Program-made: the position numbers and the translations under genes
Shown here: positions 16,713 through 31,877 of the stretch, piece after piece
Layout: each line of letters begins with the position of its first letter
How positions within the stretch are numbered: position 1 is the stretch's first letter
The notes under the pieces: generated by a model
Databases searched by the model: none
What the model saw: only the letters and a program-made list of their open reading frames with translations
What the model was told of the DNA's origin: nothing
Source: Octopus vulgaris
Taxonomy: Eukaryota
Length of the DNA: 64,000 nucleotides
Assembly (NCBI GenBank): GCA_951406725.2
Contig: OX597825.1
Location: forward strand, 77,376,001-77,440,000
Direction of reading: 5' to 3'

Positions 16713-17299
16713 CAGCTGCAGCAGCAGCAGCAGCTCTAGTAAAAGCAGTATAAAGTGCATTTCTTCGAAATGCAGCGCCAGCAATAAAAACTAGTGAAGC
16801 AGCAGCAGCGGCAGCAGCAGCAGCAGCGGTAGTAGTAGTAGTAGTACTAGTAGCAACAGCAACAGCATCAGTGCTGGTAGTTTCTGTTCTGCTTCCTCTT
16901 ATGGAATGATGTTCATTATTACTAAAGCACAAAAAACAAACACCAACAACGACATCAATAAAAACAGCGACAAAAAAACATAATAATAAAAAGTTCACCA
17001 AACATCAACCATTCCCATTCTAAAAGTCATTACGTCACAAAATGTCATCATTGCCAAATTTTCTTGTCCGTTTTCTTTTTCTGTTTTCTTTCTTTTTTCC
17101 ATAAATCATGAACGGAATTAAAAACAAAAATCACAAACAAAATCTTTTCCCTACATCTACAAACTCAAATACTAAAAGAATAAAATTTTTTACTAATAAT
17201 ACTTGCTTAATTAATTTTCTTTCCTTTTATTAACATTTATTTCATTTAATTTCTGTCACAACTCTTAATGTTTCTCACTCTCAAAAAATTGCTTGACGC

Positions 17300-17765
<466 letters not shown>

Positions 17766-18063
17766 CAATATTATTTGTTATCTATTTCCCTGATCTTTAA
17801 ACTAAAAAAAAATGATGATACGAAATTCGAAACCTCACAGTTTATTAAAGCATATCCTATCCCATATATTTCTGAAATCGTGGCATCGATATCAGGCCTA
17901 GGCACAGGGCCAGATTTGTATAAAAAACGTACCATTAATGTACCGAATGCCCCTTGCTATTTATAACATAGCTACTTTCACCATATATAATCGGTGATTG
18001 TATCTACAGAATGAAATACTTTATTATTCATTATCGATCATAAGTATTGTTACTCTTTGCTGC

Positions 18064-18135
<72 letters not shown>

Positions 18136-18160
18136 CATTATTATTATTATTATTATTATT

Positions 18161-18566
18161 GTCATTATCAATATCTAAGACGACGCACAGTAGCAAATAT
18201 CGTGATGTTTGAAGATATTGTGTCTACCGGGGGCTTGTATTTTCTCTCAATTCACAAGGACCTCGGACAGACAGTACTTTACGCAATATGCGTTCAGTTC
18301 CAAGTAAGGCCGCTTTTTCGTAATACACTTAGATTGTAGTTTTTATTTAATTTCCAGATGTTTCTTCAAGATGGGTGGAATTTGATGCAATGCTCCAAAG
18401 ACAACTGGGAGAAACTTTATGTTTGACTCTCGTAGTTGCCACATTTTGGCGCTCTCAATTTTGAGGTCTCCATATTTATCAATCTTTTCCCTTGCTTTCA
18501 TGATATGTTGATCTCCTGGCACTGTCACGTCTATCATTAGGCCCTCTTGTTTCTCCCTCCTAAAGG
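18161..18566 (-). mobile_element. 5'-truncated Dong/R4-clade non-LTR retrotransposon fragment (restriction-like endonuclease C-terminus plus 3' UTR)
   Basis: ORF 18343-18537 IDVTVPGD..EKIDKYGDLK..MW..PVVFGAL..LKKHL, then KAALLGT.RILRK (about 18317-18279); ends directly in (TAA)n at 18064-18160. Confidence 0.8.
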
Positions 18567-18679
18567 TTAGTCTGTAGGACAGTCGACATAGCAGTCGATT
18601 ACTGGGGCCTATATAACCGTGCCTATTAAAGAAGGAATTATAGTTATTATTATAGTAACTATGCCTATCTTTATTATTA

Positions 18680-18735
<56 letters not shown>

Positions 18736-18771
18736 TTTATTTTTATTATCATTATTATTATTAATATTATT

Positions 18772-18803
<32 letters not shown>

Positions 18804-18901
18804 CATTATCAATATTATTATTATCAATATTATTATTATTATTATTATTATTATTATCAATATTATTATTATCAATATTATTATTATCATTATTATTATT
18901 A

Positions 18902-18965
<64 letters not shown>

Positions 18966-20697
18966 CATTATGTATTTTACTTGTATTTTTCTTTGTTTCG
19001 CTTTTGCCAGCTTGTTTTAATTTTTCTTCTATTTTTCTTAAAAAATCACTATGTTATTTTATTTTATTTTATGTTGTTTTTCTGGTGCACTTTGTAACTA
19101 ACAATATCCATCGTTCAGCCTCACAGCAGGAGCATGAGAGACTGTATAAGACGAGGAAGTTAAAGAAAAGAATATAAATAAGGGAACAAGAGAAAGGAAA
19201 TTACTAAAAGTGAGAACAGGGAGAGTTGACAGAAGCTGATCAATATTTGTGTGAATACAAAACATAATCAATACCTTAACTTTGTTTCTTTTTTAATTTT
19301 GGCGCTCACTCAAAACAGAAATATTGTGTCTTTTTCCCATATTTTCCCTGCATTTGGCATCAAAGCTAAGATAGGTACTTCCTGTTTTCATTAGAGAGTG
19401 GGGTCAGAAGTCAAATATATCAAAATAGTCACTAAAACGAAGTGTGTAAAATGAAGTGAAAACGTTTTATAACCTACAGTACAGATTTTCAATTACGCAC
19501 TACGCAATGAGAGAATTATTCATACGTACATACATAAATACACATATATGTCTGCGTGCAGGCCTGTGATTGTATGTGTGAATGTATATACGTACCTATC
19601 TTATTTACGCGGAACTAACATTGGGAAGTATTGGTAATAGAAAGCTCCCCATACCGGATACTAAAAGGCTTATGGGGATACCAGGAGAGAATGTTTCAGT
19701 GACCTTCTTCTCCATGGCATTATTGCACTCTGCCTGCCCACACAAATGGGTCCCCACTTGCTAGATCAATTGAGTGTTAGGCTTCAATCAATATTATTCT
19801 TGCTATTTCTCATTGTCCCTTCTTAACACGTGTATAAATATATCTCGCATGCTATGGTGCAAAACACTTTTCCAAAGGCTTTCAACTTCTACCACTATAT
19901 CCTTGTGATATAACCGTATTATCCATGCAAAGGCAGGTTAAACTGCTATAGCAATTATTTACGTACTATCAGAATGAAAACAAGACCAAAAGGTCATATA
20001 TCTTAAATGCATTTAATACGCAAGATTTTTGTAGTTATATAACTATATACCTACTAGAAGCAATCATAATCGACACAAAAATTTACGATACTCTTGCGTT
20101 ATATGAAAATAGTGATAATTAAATGATGTTTGCAAGTTTCAGCTTCCAGAAACTCTCCATGTAATAGTATACGCTTCTTAGGCAGTTTCCTCTCTCTCTC
20201 TCTCTCTCTCTCCCTCTCTCTTCACTCTCACTCTTACTCTTCCTTTGTTAAGTTCCCTTATTTTCGCTTTTTCTAATTTTTTTCTTTTCTTTCCTCTGAT
20301 TCATACTCCTTACCCACCTGCACACATACCCCCTTATTTTAACAGGTGATAAATTTGCTTTCTATCAATTATTTTCTTTGATTTCCACTAATTTTTCAGG
20401 ACACGATTCATGGGAGAAACAAACATCAGTTTTTATTTATTTTTATTTTCGTCTTCTCCTCTTCCTACTCCTACTCCTAATCTTCCCTCTCCCAACTTTC
20501 TCCGCTTGTAAATTAATGACTACATCAATAAATAAATAGATAAATAAATAAATAAATATGGCACTACAGATAATTAAACAGAAAATACATATCTATTTAT
20601 GCCAGTAGATATATATACATTAAAACTACATGTAGCGTCCTCAAGTAGACACATAATGTAACAGGAATATTTAAGCTTACAAAAGAGACTATATATA

Positions 20698-21640
<943 letters not shown>

Positions 21641-22128
21641 ACGCATGTTTACACGTATATGTGTGTTTATATATAAATATATAAAGAAAGAAATATCTTT
21701 GTCCAAATCTGAGATGGATAATTTTGTTATGGATCCTTAGATGTTTACCATTTCATGTCAATTGAATTCTCATTCTTATTTTTCCCCCTCACAAACCTGC
21801 TGTTAAAATATATTTAACTAGATTTAAACTGCCAGCCAATATTCTTTATGTTTCTTTATGAAACGTTTAAATGGAGCGTTGCCACGTCTCTCATATTTGC
21901 GGTATTTGCAATGCATGTTTAATGAATGATTGGTGGAACAAAAATGTAGTACTAGATATGGCGATTAAGGAAATGAAAACATATATCTTTATTTGGCAGG
22001 AAGTTTTTAATTATATTTCTTTTTAATTTTTAATTTAATACGAAAGTCAATATGAAGTGGGGAGGATAATTTGATTTTCGATATCCTTTGGTGCAGTAGC
22101 ATTGGACTATTTGCTATATATATGCTTG

Positions 22129-22171
<43 letters not shown>

Positions 22172-22174
<3 letters not shown>

Positions 22175-22350
22175 TTAATCCAATCATGAATTCACAAAGA
22201 GTAAACACAACAGCGCGAGGACGTGGAACAAGTATAGTGAGTGTTATCGGAGTTTCGAGCGGAGTTCTTCGTTAGAAACATAGCAAAAGGAAAGATCCAA
22301 AGAAGGGAAGACGGAGGGAAAAAAATCGCCAACGGTACAAACGCGGTCAC
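22172..22350 (-). mobile_element. Related (TA)n-adjacent short element with decayed hammerhead-like core
   Basis: Minus strand CTAACGA-A-GAAC tcc GCTC-GAAAC at about 22252-22275. Shares GTGGAA..GTTTCGAGC..TCTTC..AGAAA..GGAG.GAAAAAAAT blocks with 44525-44735. Confidence 0.45.
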
Positions 22351-22859
22351 GATTATCTTCCCTGTCGAAAGTATTAGATAGAATGTCTTAAAAGAAATAT
22401 TTCAAGAAGACAGCAGGTTTAAACGATGTATAGACTCGCAAGAATAAGTCTAAGAGTATTATATACGGACAAATTAATTAATTATGTCAGCAGGATATAA
22501 TGTTACTATAAAGAAAATGGCAATGAGAATTTACATTGACAGAAACGAATTTGAATTGGTAAACATCTTACTGAAAAATAAAATATACCCAACTTAGTTT
22601 GTCCTTACCTCCCTTCCTTGCATCCTCAACTTATTTCACTCCTCCCTTTCTCTCCCTTTCACTCCCTTTCACTCTCTTTCTCTCTTTGTATATATTTATA
22701 TATATACATAAGTATTGTTTCATTGTTACCGTATTGAAATAAGGCCATCCCGTTGATGCAGTTTTATTATGCAATGTGCATGAATTGGTAGATTAGCAGT
22801 TGTTTTGAAACACCGATTGCACAATGTCTCATGAAGATCCTTCAATATACGTATTTCAG

Positions 22860-23916
22860 TGCAGACGGAAATTATGAAGTAACTTTGATGACCAAAGCCA
22901 CGCTGCATCCTGATGGTCGGGTCGTTTGGGAGCCACCGGCGATTTATAAAAGCTCCTGTACTATTGATGTCGAATTTTTCCCGTTCGATATTCAATTATG
23001 CACCATGAAATTCGGTTCCTGGACTTACGACGGCAATCAGGTCGACCTTGTGCATATCTGTGCCCCAAACGAACAAGGAGAAACGGTGATAAAAAGAGGC
23101 ATGGACCTTCGAGAATTATATCGAAGTGTTGAATGGGACATTTTAGATGTACCGGCCAAGAAAAACGAAAAACGATACTTATGCTGTCCAGAACCTTATC
23201 CCGACATTACCTTTAACATAACAATGAGGCGGAAGACTCTTTTCTACACTGTTAATTTGATCATCCCATGCGTGTCCATTTCCTTTCTAACCGTACTGGT
23301 ATTTTACCTCCCTTCCGACAGTGGTGAGAAAATTACTCTGTGTATCTCCATTTTGCTTTCTTTAACTGTATTTTTCTTGTTGTTAGCAGAGATCATTCCG
23401 CCCACTTCGATTGTCGTTCCGCTGATCGGAAAATATTTATTGTTCACCATGATTCTTGTTACTTTATCAATCATCGTTACAGTTGTAGTTCTTAATGTCC
23501 ACTTTCGCTCACCCTGGACACACACTATGAGTCCGTGGGTGAGGCGAGTATTCCTCAGCATTCTACCAAAATTGCTCATCATGCGTCGTCCAAATCTGGA
23601 ATACGACAAGTCCTCTAGAGCATCGGTTCGAACCTGTAATGGAATTGAAGTTAAAGACGGCACTTCCAGCTTAGGTAGTATTGGTGTACGAGATAACGTT
23701 ACCAACAAGGCCTACCAACGTATAGCTCGACGTGCGGTTAATACTGAGTCACCACTTCCACCATCAGCGTTCGGTCGTTTCCCATATGAAGAGGCCCTGG
23801 TTTCCGAAAGCTCAAGCAGTATGAAACAAAGAGTTATGGCAGAAGACATACAAGAAGCCATTGATGGTGTTACTTTCATCGCAGAACACCTGAAGAACGA
23901 AGACCAATGTGGTTCG
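22860..23916 (+). CDS. Nicotinic acetylcholine receptor alpha subunit (Cys-loop ligand-gated cation channel), large internal exon
   Basis: ORF 22831-24039 encodes [13 protein letters not shown], Cys-loop [15 protein letters not shown], loop B GSWTYD, loop [10 protein letters not shown] (vicinal Cys at 23182-23187, alpha subunit), M1-M3, M2 GEK ring and the MA helix. Acceptor TTTCAG ends at 22859 (phase 2); donor TCG|GTAAGT at 23917 (phase 0). Confidence 0.96.
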
Positions 23917-24145
23917 GTAAGTCAACGATTTCTTATTCGATTCTATTTCAGCATCTACTCAGAGACACACCGTGATAACATTCCTTACATAACACAAGAC
24001 AACCTGCGGAAAGAAGATATCACACTATATCACTCATAACCTACCACAGCATGTCACAATATGTGATAAAATAAAAATCACATGAATACACGCTAACAAC
24101 AAATGATATCACGCAATAATGTATGCCAAACACACAAAAAAGACA

Positions 24146-24412
24146 TGATGGTATTACCTTCATCGCAGAACTCCTGAAGAACGAAGACGAAACTGGTTCG
24201 GTAAGTTAACGATTTTCTATTGGAATCTGTCTCAACCTTTACTCAAACATTCCATTTATAAGACCAGATAACCTGCGGAAACACAATATCTGACGGTATC
24301 ATTTATTATCTACAACAGTACGTCACAACATATGACAAAGTAAAATCGCACACAAATACACAGTTATAACAAATGATATCACATTCTAACATGAGATAAA
24401 CACAAAGAAACA
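24146..24412 (+). repeat. Diverged tandem duplicate of the nAChR exon 3' end plus donor and first intron bases
   Basis: Copy of 23862-24145 (offset 284 bp). Reads DGITFIAELLKNEDETGS|GTAAGT versus the original [18 protein letters not shown]|GTAAGT. Confidence 0.9.
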
Positions 24413-25021
24413 TGATGATAATCAAATTGTGCATATAATATTAGACGATAACAAATGACAACATACGTAAAACGCACAGATAAAACAATGTAAGACGATG
24501 CCCCACTTTATTATGTGATAAATTCCAATTATGAGATCCAACATCGTTGTGAACTCTGTAAGTAACACACAACAAAATGAGAGAAATATTTAATTGTTCC
24601 TGGAATGCTAATTAGTCATTATCAAATTACAAGTTTAAATTTGGTACGTTTGATTATGTAAATTAAAACAAATTATTTTCCTTCAAAAAGCAGCCAACAA
24701 ATGATAAAACGGTACGGGAACCAAAATGATTTGGATGGCGTAGGATTAAAACCATTTAGATAAATGATTTTACGCACACAGACACAGATACGCACACTAA
24801 CACACAGATACACACACCAACACACACACATACTCACACACACACACACGCACGCATACATATACATGTGTGTGTATGTAAATATATTAATATTTGATTT
24901 TATGCTCAGTTTTAATACAATCACGTTTACATTAATTTGATGGATCATTCTATACTTTTGTAGAGTTCAGATATATTATTCTTAAACAAGAATATTATTG
25001 ATAGTGACTTCGAAGTTTAAG

Positions 25022-25068
<47 letters not shown>

Positions 25069-25270
25069 ACTAATGTAGGATAAAAAATTTTTTTCGAGAA
25101 AAATTTTATCAATGGCCAGCATATCAAAAAATACCTTTAAAGGTTAAAATTATAAATAACTTATAAAATAAGCTTGTTTCGAGACGCATAAATTATAATG
25201 GTTATTGACAATTTTGTCTTTTTTCGGCATATTTGGCATTAGAATTTTTCTTTTGCCCTTATTTTATAAG

Positions 25271-25323
<53 letters not shown>

Positions 25324-26523
25324 AGAAATACGGTATTAGATAAGACTGACCCAAATTAATTAACGTAATAAAATATACAAGCCAAATTGCTTCCAATAAT
25401 CCTACAGGTCCAAATTGCCTCAGGTAAACGTGCAAACAACAAAAGAGAAAACCAGTTCAAACGGTAGTAAATGAGTAACCTTTCAGAGAAACTTATTCAT
25501 AGAATTACTGTTACTCTTTCTCCGTATCTTTTAATCTTATCCACATTGTGCTGTGTCAAAGTACGTTAACATGGTTAGTGTTTCCTTCTAGGTTCGGCAA
25601 ATCATACCATACAGAAACCGACAATTCAAAAGAACGAGAAGCACAGAATGGTAATGATTCTCATAAGGCAATCTCAGCCTAGTGATTAGTTACGATGAAC
25701 AGATCTCGTTTGGTGACTATTATATTAAAAGCCTCGGATATTTAAGAAACATATGCAGTGTGCATTTTACCTGCTCCTCTCTTTCAAGTTGGATTTTTAT
25801 TCGCATTTTTAGCAACACTGAGCTATTTAGAAACTATCAACTTAGCGAATTTGCTTGCAATTTCGATATGGGGAAAAGTGTGTAACTCGATGCTAAAAAA
25901 CTTGTTTTGGTTCCTTAACTTATAGTGTCCATTTTTTGTTCTCTGTACCTTCCACTCACTGCTTGAAGCTTACCAACTCCCCACACTCGGATTCCTAGGT
26001 CATTCCTAGTTCCTTCCTGGTATTTAACTAAGTATCTATTGTTTGTCACGGTAATGATGCAAACTGCCAATACAAACAGCAGGATGAACTATTTAGCGCT
26101 TAACTATTTAGCACATTTCGTGCCCAATCAAGCCAGCAGCACCTAGTCGAACAATCACTTCCGCGCATGCATAATACAGTAATGGTGATGTTCTTAACTG
26201 TTATATGGTAATGTAAATATGTTTGAAAATTGTTTTGCTACATGTTATTCTGTGTTCTGAATACTTTTATTTTAATAAATGTTGCTTACTGCAAGTTATG
26301 GACGATTCTTTTATGTATTCATTGCTTTCAGGCTTAGCTTAAGGTATTTTCGCCCCCAACATTACAAAATGCGTCTGAATAAACATTGGTGGACAGCAAA
26401 TAGAGACTCGGACATTGTTTAGGAAATATTTTTCATTTTTAACTTCGTATATAGTACGCACCAGGGATTTTGATCGTTAAATTTTGGGGAAAAAATGCTG
26501 ATTATACTCGAGGATTTACGGTA

Positions 26524-26975
26524 TGTATATGGTGTGTCGTAAATTTATGGAAAGAAATCCCATAAAACTCAACAAATTTGATAAAAATGGGGTAGTAAAG
26601 ATGTTTAAATATATAAGTGAATAGTTTCGTACAGCGATATAAAAATCATGCAAATTCATGGTTGAATAGAATTAATTAAATTAATTAGATTAAAATAAAT
26701 GAATAATATATCACTGTACTCTTAAGTAAAAATTTTGTTTATACTTCTTGCATTGAATAGTACAGTGATATATAGTTACTTTGATTTAATCTAATTAATT
26801 TAATTAATTCTATTCAACCATAAATTTACGTGATTTTTATATCGCATCACGAAACGATCGTTTGCATGAATTAAAATTGTCTTATATATATTTAACATCT
26901 TCTCTTCTCCATTTCTATCAAAATTGTTGCGTTTTATGGGATTTCTTTCCATAACTACACAACACACCATATACA
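26524..26975. mobile_element. ~450-bp fold-back (palindromic MITE-like) element
   Basis: Termini TGTATATGGTGTG / CACACCATATACA; perfect 37-bp pairing 26658-26694 with 26785-26821; 38-nt central loop 26721-26758. Confidence 0.85.
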
Positions 26976-27120
26976 AGCATAATTTTCACATTCGCTATTT
27001 TACGCCAGTAAGCCACCAGAAAAATATGAAGAATCTATATTAAAAATCTTTTTTGAAAACCTCTAAATTAAAGGACGAATCTAATTCAACTTTTTACGTG
27101 CACGCACACACACACACATA

Positions 27121-27173
<53 letters not shown>

Positions 27174-27227
27174 GTATAAATGTATTTATGTATATATATA
27201 CATATATAGATATACATACATACATAC

Positions 27228-27266
<39 letters not shown>

Positions 27267-27512
27267 AATGTATCTACATGTATATGTATATGCTGGAAAA
27301 TTTCTGGCTTTAAGATTATAGCGGATGGCCTGGCAGAAGGCCCAAACTTTCGAGTTCTGTTACAAAACTTAGAAAAAGTTAAGGAACGCCGCAATATGTG
27401 TCTGAACCAGAGAGAGGAATATGTTGAATAAAATCATAATTAACTTATCCTCTTGTAGTTTCTTTTACCCAAAGCCAACACACCCTCTTGTATGTATGTA
27501 TATATATATAAG

Positions 27513-27588
<76 letters not shown>

Positions 27589-27980
27589 TGTGTGTGTATA
27601 AGTATATAGTGTGCATATGCATGAGGGTGTTTGCATGTGGCAAGTGTGAATTAGCAACGGTTATATAATTACGATAAGTGCGTCCTTTGTATAATCACCA
27701 TTAAATTGTATACCTTATTATTACTTTACCTAACCGAAGCATTTAACGTATTTTACTGCCTCAACGAATGTTGACATTTAAATACTAACTGAATTCTGTC
27801 ATATTAAACATGAATACAATGTATATAATACTTCCCTCTGTATTGTATTATATAGAACAGATTTATGTTGTATTAGCTTATGTGGAACAAACCTGGATAA
27901 ATGTTGTACAGTAATTTACAAAGCAAATGCAGAAGCAATTGGAACAATTATAAGATAATTCATCATATGTAACTGTGTGT

Positions 27981-28060
27981 GCACGTGCGTGTCTCTGTGT
28001 GCACGTGCGTGTCTCTGTGTGCACGTGCGTGTCTCTGTGTGCACGTGCGTGTCTCTGTGT
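27981..28060. repeat. Minisatellite 4 x 20 bp GCACGTGCGTGTCTCTGTGT
   Basis: Four perfect units read directly. Confidence 0.95.
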
Positions 28061-28412
28061 GCGTGTGGAGGTGTGAGTGCATGTGTCCATGTTTGTGCTG
28101 TACAAGTATTTATGGTTTTGTGTACGATGGTTTATATATATTGTTGTTGGATTTCTTGTGTGCCTGTAGAATGAAAAGCAAAATATTAGCAACTAGTGAC
28201 CACTGTAGCCTTACTTTGTCAATTCCATGTTGTAGATATTTGACGGTGCCAACATCCGCAGTGCATTTAGTGCAACTACTTACTCAGACTCCCGATTCTA
28301 CTCTCTGCACGTTGGTACCAGAATGAAAGCGCCCATTGAAAGAATGTTGAGAATATATCGAAAGTATGCTACTTCGCTTAAGTATTAACTAATCGTGCAT
28401 ATTTAGTCCATT

Positions 28413-28822
28413 TTTTTTTTCTTCTTTTCTCTAGGCATAAGGCCTGAAATTTGGGGGAGGGATAAAGTCGATTAGATCGATCCCAGTATGTAACAACTGG
28501 TACTTAATTTATCGACCCCGAAAGGTTGAAAGGCAAAGTCGACCTCGGCGGAATTTGAACTCAGAACGTAAAGATAGACGAAATACCTATTTCTTTACTA
28601 CCTACAAGGGGCTAAACACAGAGGGGACGAACAAGGACAGACAAATGGATTAAGTCGATTATATCGACCCCAGTGCGTAACTGGTACCTATTTAATAGAC
28701 CCCGAAAGGATGAAAAGCAAAGTCGACCTCGGCGGAATTTAGACTCAGAACGTAAAGACAGACGAAATGCCGCTTAGCATTTCGCCCGGTGTGCTAACGA
28801 TTCTTCCAGCTCGCCGCCTTCA
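28413..28822 (-). mobile_element. SINE family A dimer with 17-bp TSD
   Basis: One head plus two B-box/core units; TSD TGCATATTTAGTCCATT at 28396-28412 and 28823-28839. Confidence 0.9.
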
Positions 28823-28908
28823 TGCATATTTAGTCCATTGTTTTCTTTGCAGAGTTTCAAATGCTCTGAATGAGAGGATCTCAGCGAATGGCATTATAGA
28901 CAGAGATC

Positions 28909-28943
<35 letters not shown>

Positions 28944-29584
28944 AGAGAGAGAGAGAGACGAAGAGATATAGAAATAGAGAGACATAGATAATATATAGGT
29001 AATAGAAATAAGTAAAATATAAAAATAACAGATTTCGAAATCAAGTCTGAACAGAGAACTGAGCAACAACAGAAGCAGTGTTCTCATCCGGTTGCAATAC
29101 ACAGACTCTAACCTAGGCATTGGAAATAAAACTAGATGCAACATCTACAAGACGTTTGAGAGCAGCGCATAGCATCGAATCACAGTCCCATACAACCGGA
29201 TTCATTAATTAATAGTAAACAAGTCTTTCTCGATAAATATAGGAACTGTTGTTAGCAATCCAACAATGAATTAAATTGTAGAATCAGTTACAATTAAATG
29301 CACAAACAATTATTCTGGAAATGTTTTTCAGTGAATTTTGACATTCTATCAAGTTCCCATCCACCCCAACCACATAAGATATTGTGCAATAGAAATTATT
29401 TGAATTGTCCGTTCGCTTTGTCTACTCTTCTATCTTTTATGGTTTTATATATATTTTTCATTCTTCCGTTTGAAATTTAGTAAAATATAACAAATACTTT
29501 ACTGTATGATGACGAATGAGAAATAATTGCTAATGTTCCTTGGAATTATTGATTTTAAATGTTTACCATATATTTGCATATGTG

Positions 29585-29707
<123 letters not shown>

Positions 29708-30046
29708 CATGTATGTATGTATGTATGTATGTATATTTATATGTATTTATATATATACATATATATATATGTGCGTGTGTGTATGTTTTGCATACATGCG
29801 AACGTACAGGAACTCTCACACAAGAGTTGGCCTTGTCTTTAATTATTACATACCGTTATGATATCTCATACTGCCCGCAAGTCCGGCTGAGGAGAAACTG
29901 ACCCTAGGGAACTAGATTGGCTGTTGTCGATCGACTCACTTACCTACCTTGTCAATAACTATAATTTATTCAAGTTTACATTTCCACAAGCATTAAATGA
30001 AAGAATTAAAATCTGCCAGCTTGCCGTCCTAATCCAGCTATAAATA

Positions 30047-30472
30047 TTGGTTTCAAAGTTTGGCATTAGGCCAGTAAGTTCAAGGGAGGGGTTAAAGCGA
30101 TAAAATTCACCCCAGTGCTCAACTGGTACTTCTTTTTATCGACCTTGAAACAAGGACAGCAAGGCTGAACTTTGCGGAATTTGAGCTCAGAACGTAAGGA
30201 CGGTCGAAATATCGCTCAACATTTTACCCCCGGCGTTTTAACAATTCTGCCAGCTCGCCGCTTTTGGACTGGCTATAAATAAGCCTTTCTTTTATAGGCG
30301 TAAGGCTTGACATTTAGTGGGAAGGGGGAGTAGTCGGTTAAATCAACCCCAGTGCACGACTGGTACTTATTTCTATCCACCCCAAAATGATGGAAAGTAA
30401 AGTGGACCTCGACGGTATTTGAACTCAGAACGTAAAGATGGACGAAACACTAATGATTCTGCCAGCTCGCCT
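30047..30472 (-). mobile_element. Two tandem diverged SINE family A copies
   Basis: Two CCCCAGTG..ACTGGTACTT..TTTGA.CTCAGAACGTAA..TTCTGCCAGCTCGCC blocks. Confidence 0.75.
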
Positions 30473-31441
30473 GTAAACTAGCTGTAAATAATAAGTAATA
30501 ATACGTCTGGTTAAAACCGCCTTGGGTAGGAAAAAAAGAGGGGAAAACGAAACACTATTTGTGAACCTCGAACTTTGCAGCTATTGAGTATAGGCTTCAA
30601 TAGATACATGTTTCGAGTCCTACGCAGAGCTCCATGTAAGATTAGTTATATATATATATATTTTAAAACGGTTATATACTCTCTTATATAATGTATCTGC
30701 GAAGAAAAGAGATACACAGTTGCATAAAACATGTTCAAAACCGAAAATAAGAACGGAAAATAAAATCTCAGATTGTGATTAACTCAGCGAAGTATTTAAC
30801 CTGACCTTATCGAATTTATTTTCATTGTGGCAAAACAACAATATTTTTAATGGCTTCCAACTACGAAACAAGGCACCATTTGCCATTTCACAAAGAAATA
30901 TAATCACCAATTAATCTGTACTCTGCTCTACTCCGAAGAGTTGTTATGTAATTGTCAAACGACGCGTAATGCCTACGTGATTATTTATAAGTGAAAGATT
31001 CTTCTATTAAAACAACCTGGTTCATACTTCAAAAGTGCCATGCTGAAAACCCTCGCTAGAATCAATAAAATAAGTGCTATTAAGATTTAGGATCAATGAT
31101 TCGATCGACGGAAACGGCTTTCTTCAATACGTGAACTTTTACACTGATCGAAAATTATTAATATTTTATTTTTTTAACTGTAATAAAACATTAAGAATTA
31201 ATTACATAATACAGAAAGCAAATATTGTTCTTTTCTTCTGTATTTAGAATGCTTCTCAGCTTAGCACCAACATAAGATATTAAAACTCACTCGTTCTACT
31301 CGGAGCATGTGTGTTTACGTACCGTATACACACACACATACACACATAGATTTGTGTATGATTCTAGATATGTCTATCATTCTATTTATCTAAACGGGAA
31401 AATGGATGGAGAGATATACATGTACACAAGTAAATATTCTT

Positions 31442-31485
<44 letters not shown>

Positions 31486-31877
31486 CGTGCGTCTGTGTGT
31501 GTGTGTGTGAGTGTATGTGTGTGTGTGTGTTAAATCTCTGAGCGTGATGCAAACAGTAGCATTATGGAATCGTAACGTATAGTTGTCAACCAAGAGTGGC
31601 GTTCTATACGAGACAGTGCAACTGACGTTTATAGCCCCAGGAACACATGTCCTCCAGCTCGCTAACCACACACACACACACACACTAATAACAGAAATTG
31701 TTATGTCGTATAATTAGCATTGTATAATTATGCAAGCTCCACTTCATTAGAGATATGCTGCAATTTACTACACCCAAACTTCAAAATATTTTATTCCCTA
31801 AGTCGTTGAAGATGTTATGGTGGTTGTCGTTTAGTGAGAGATTCCGTTTGACGGAGCAATATTATTCCAGGTGTAAA

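Noticed and set aside
23304-23708. Antisense 134-aa ORF overlapping the receptor exon
   Set aside because: Expected shadow ORF opposite a coding exon, with no recognisable features.
22860-23916. Cephalopod chemotactile receptor or anion-selective molluscan nAChR
   Set aside because: It retains loop B Trp, loop C YxCCxxxY and the GEK cation-selective motif with no Pro-Ala at the M2 start, so it is a canonical cationic alpha subunit.
22831-24039. Single-exon 402-aa gene starting at ATG 22831
   Set aside because: It has no signal peptide or N-terminal ligand-binding loops and no M4. Canonical splice sites at 22859 and 23917 explain it as an internal exon.
25047-25274. Another hammerhead-bearing element between (TA)n tracts
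   Set aside because: It has a 17-bp inverted repeat (ATAACTTATAAAATAAG) and a TATAACTAATG start like other TA-inserted elements, but no assemblable ribozyme core.
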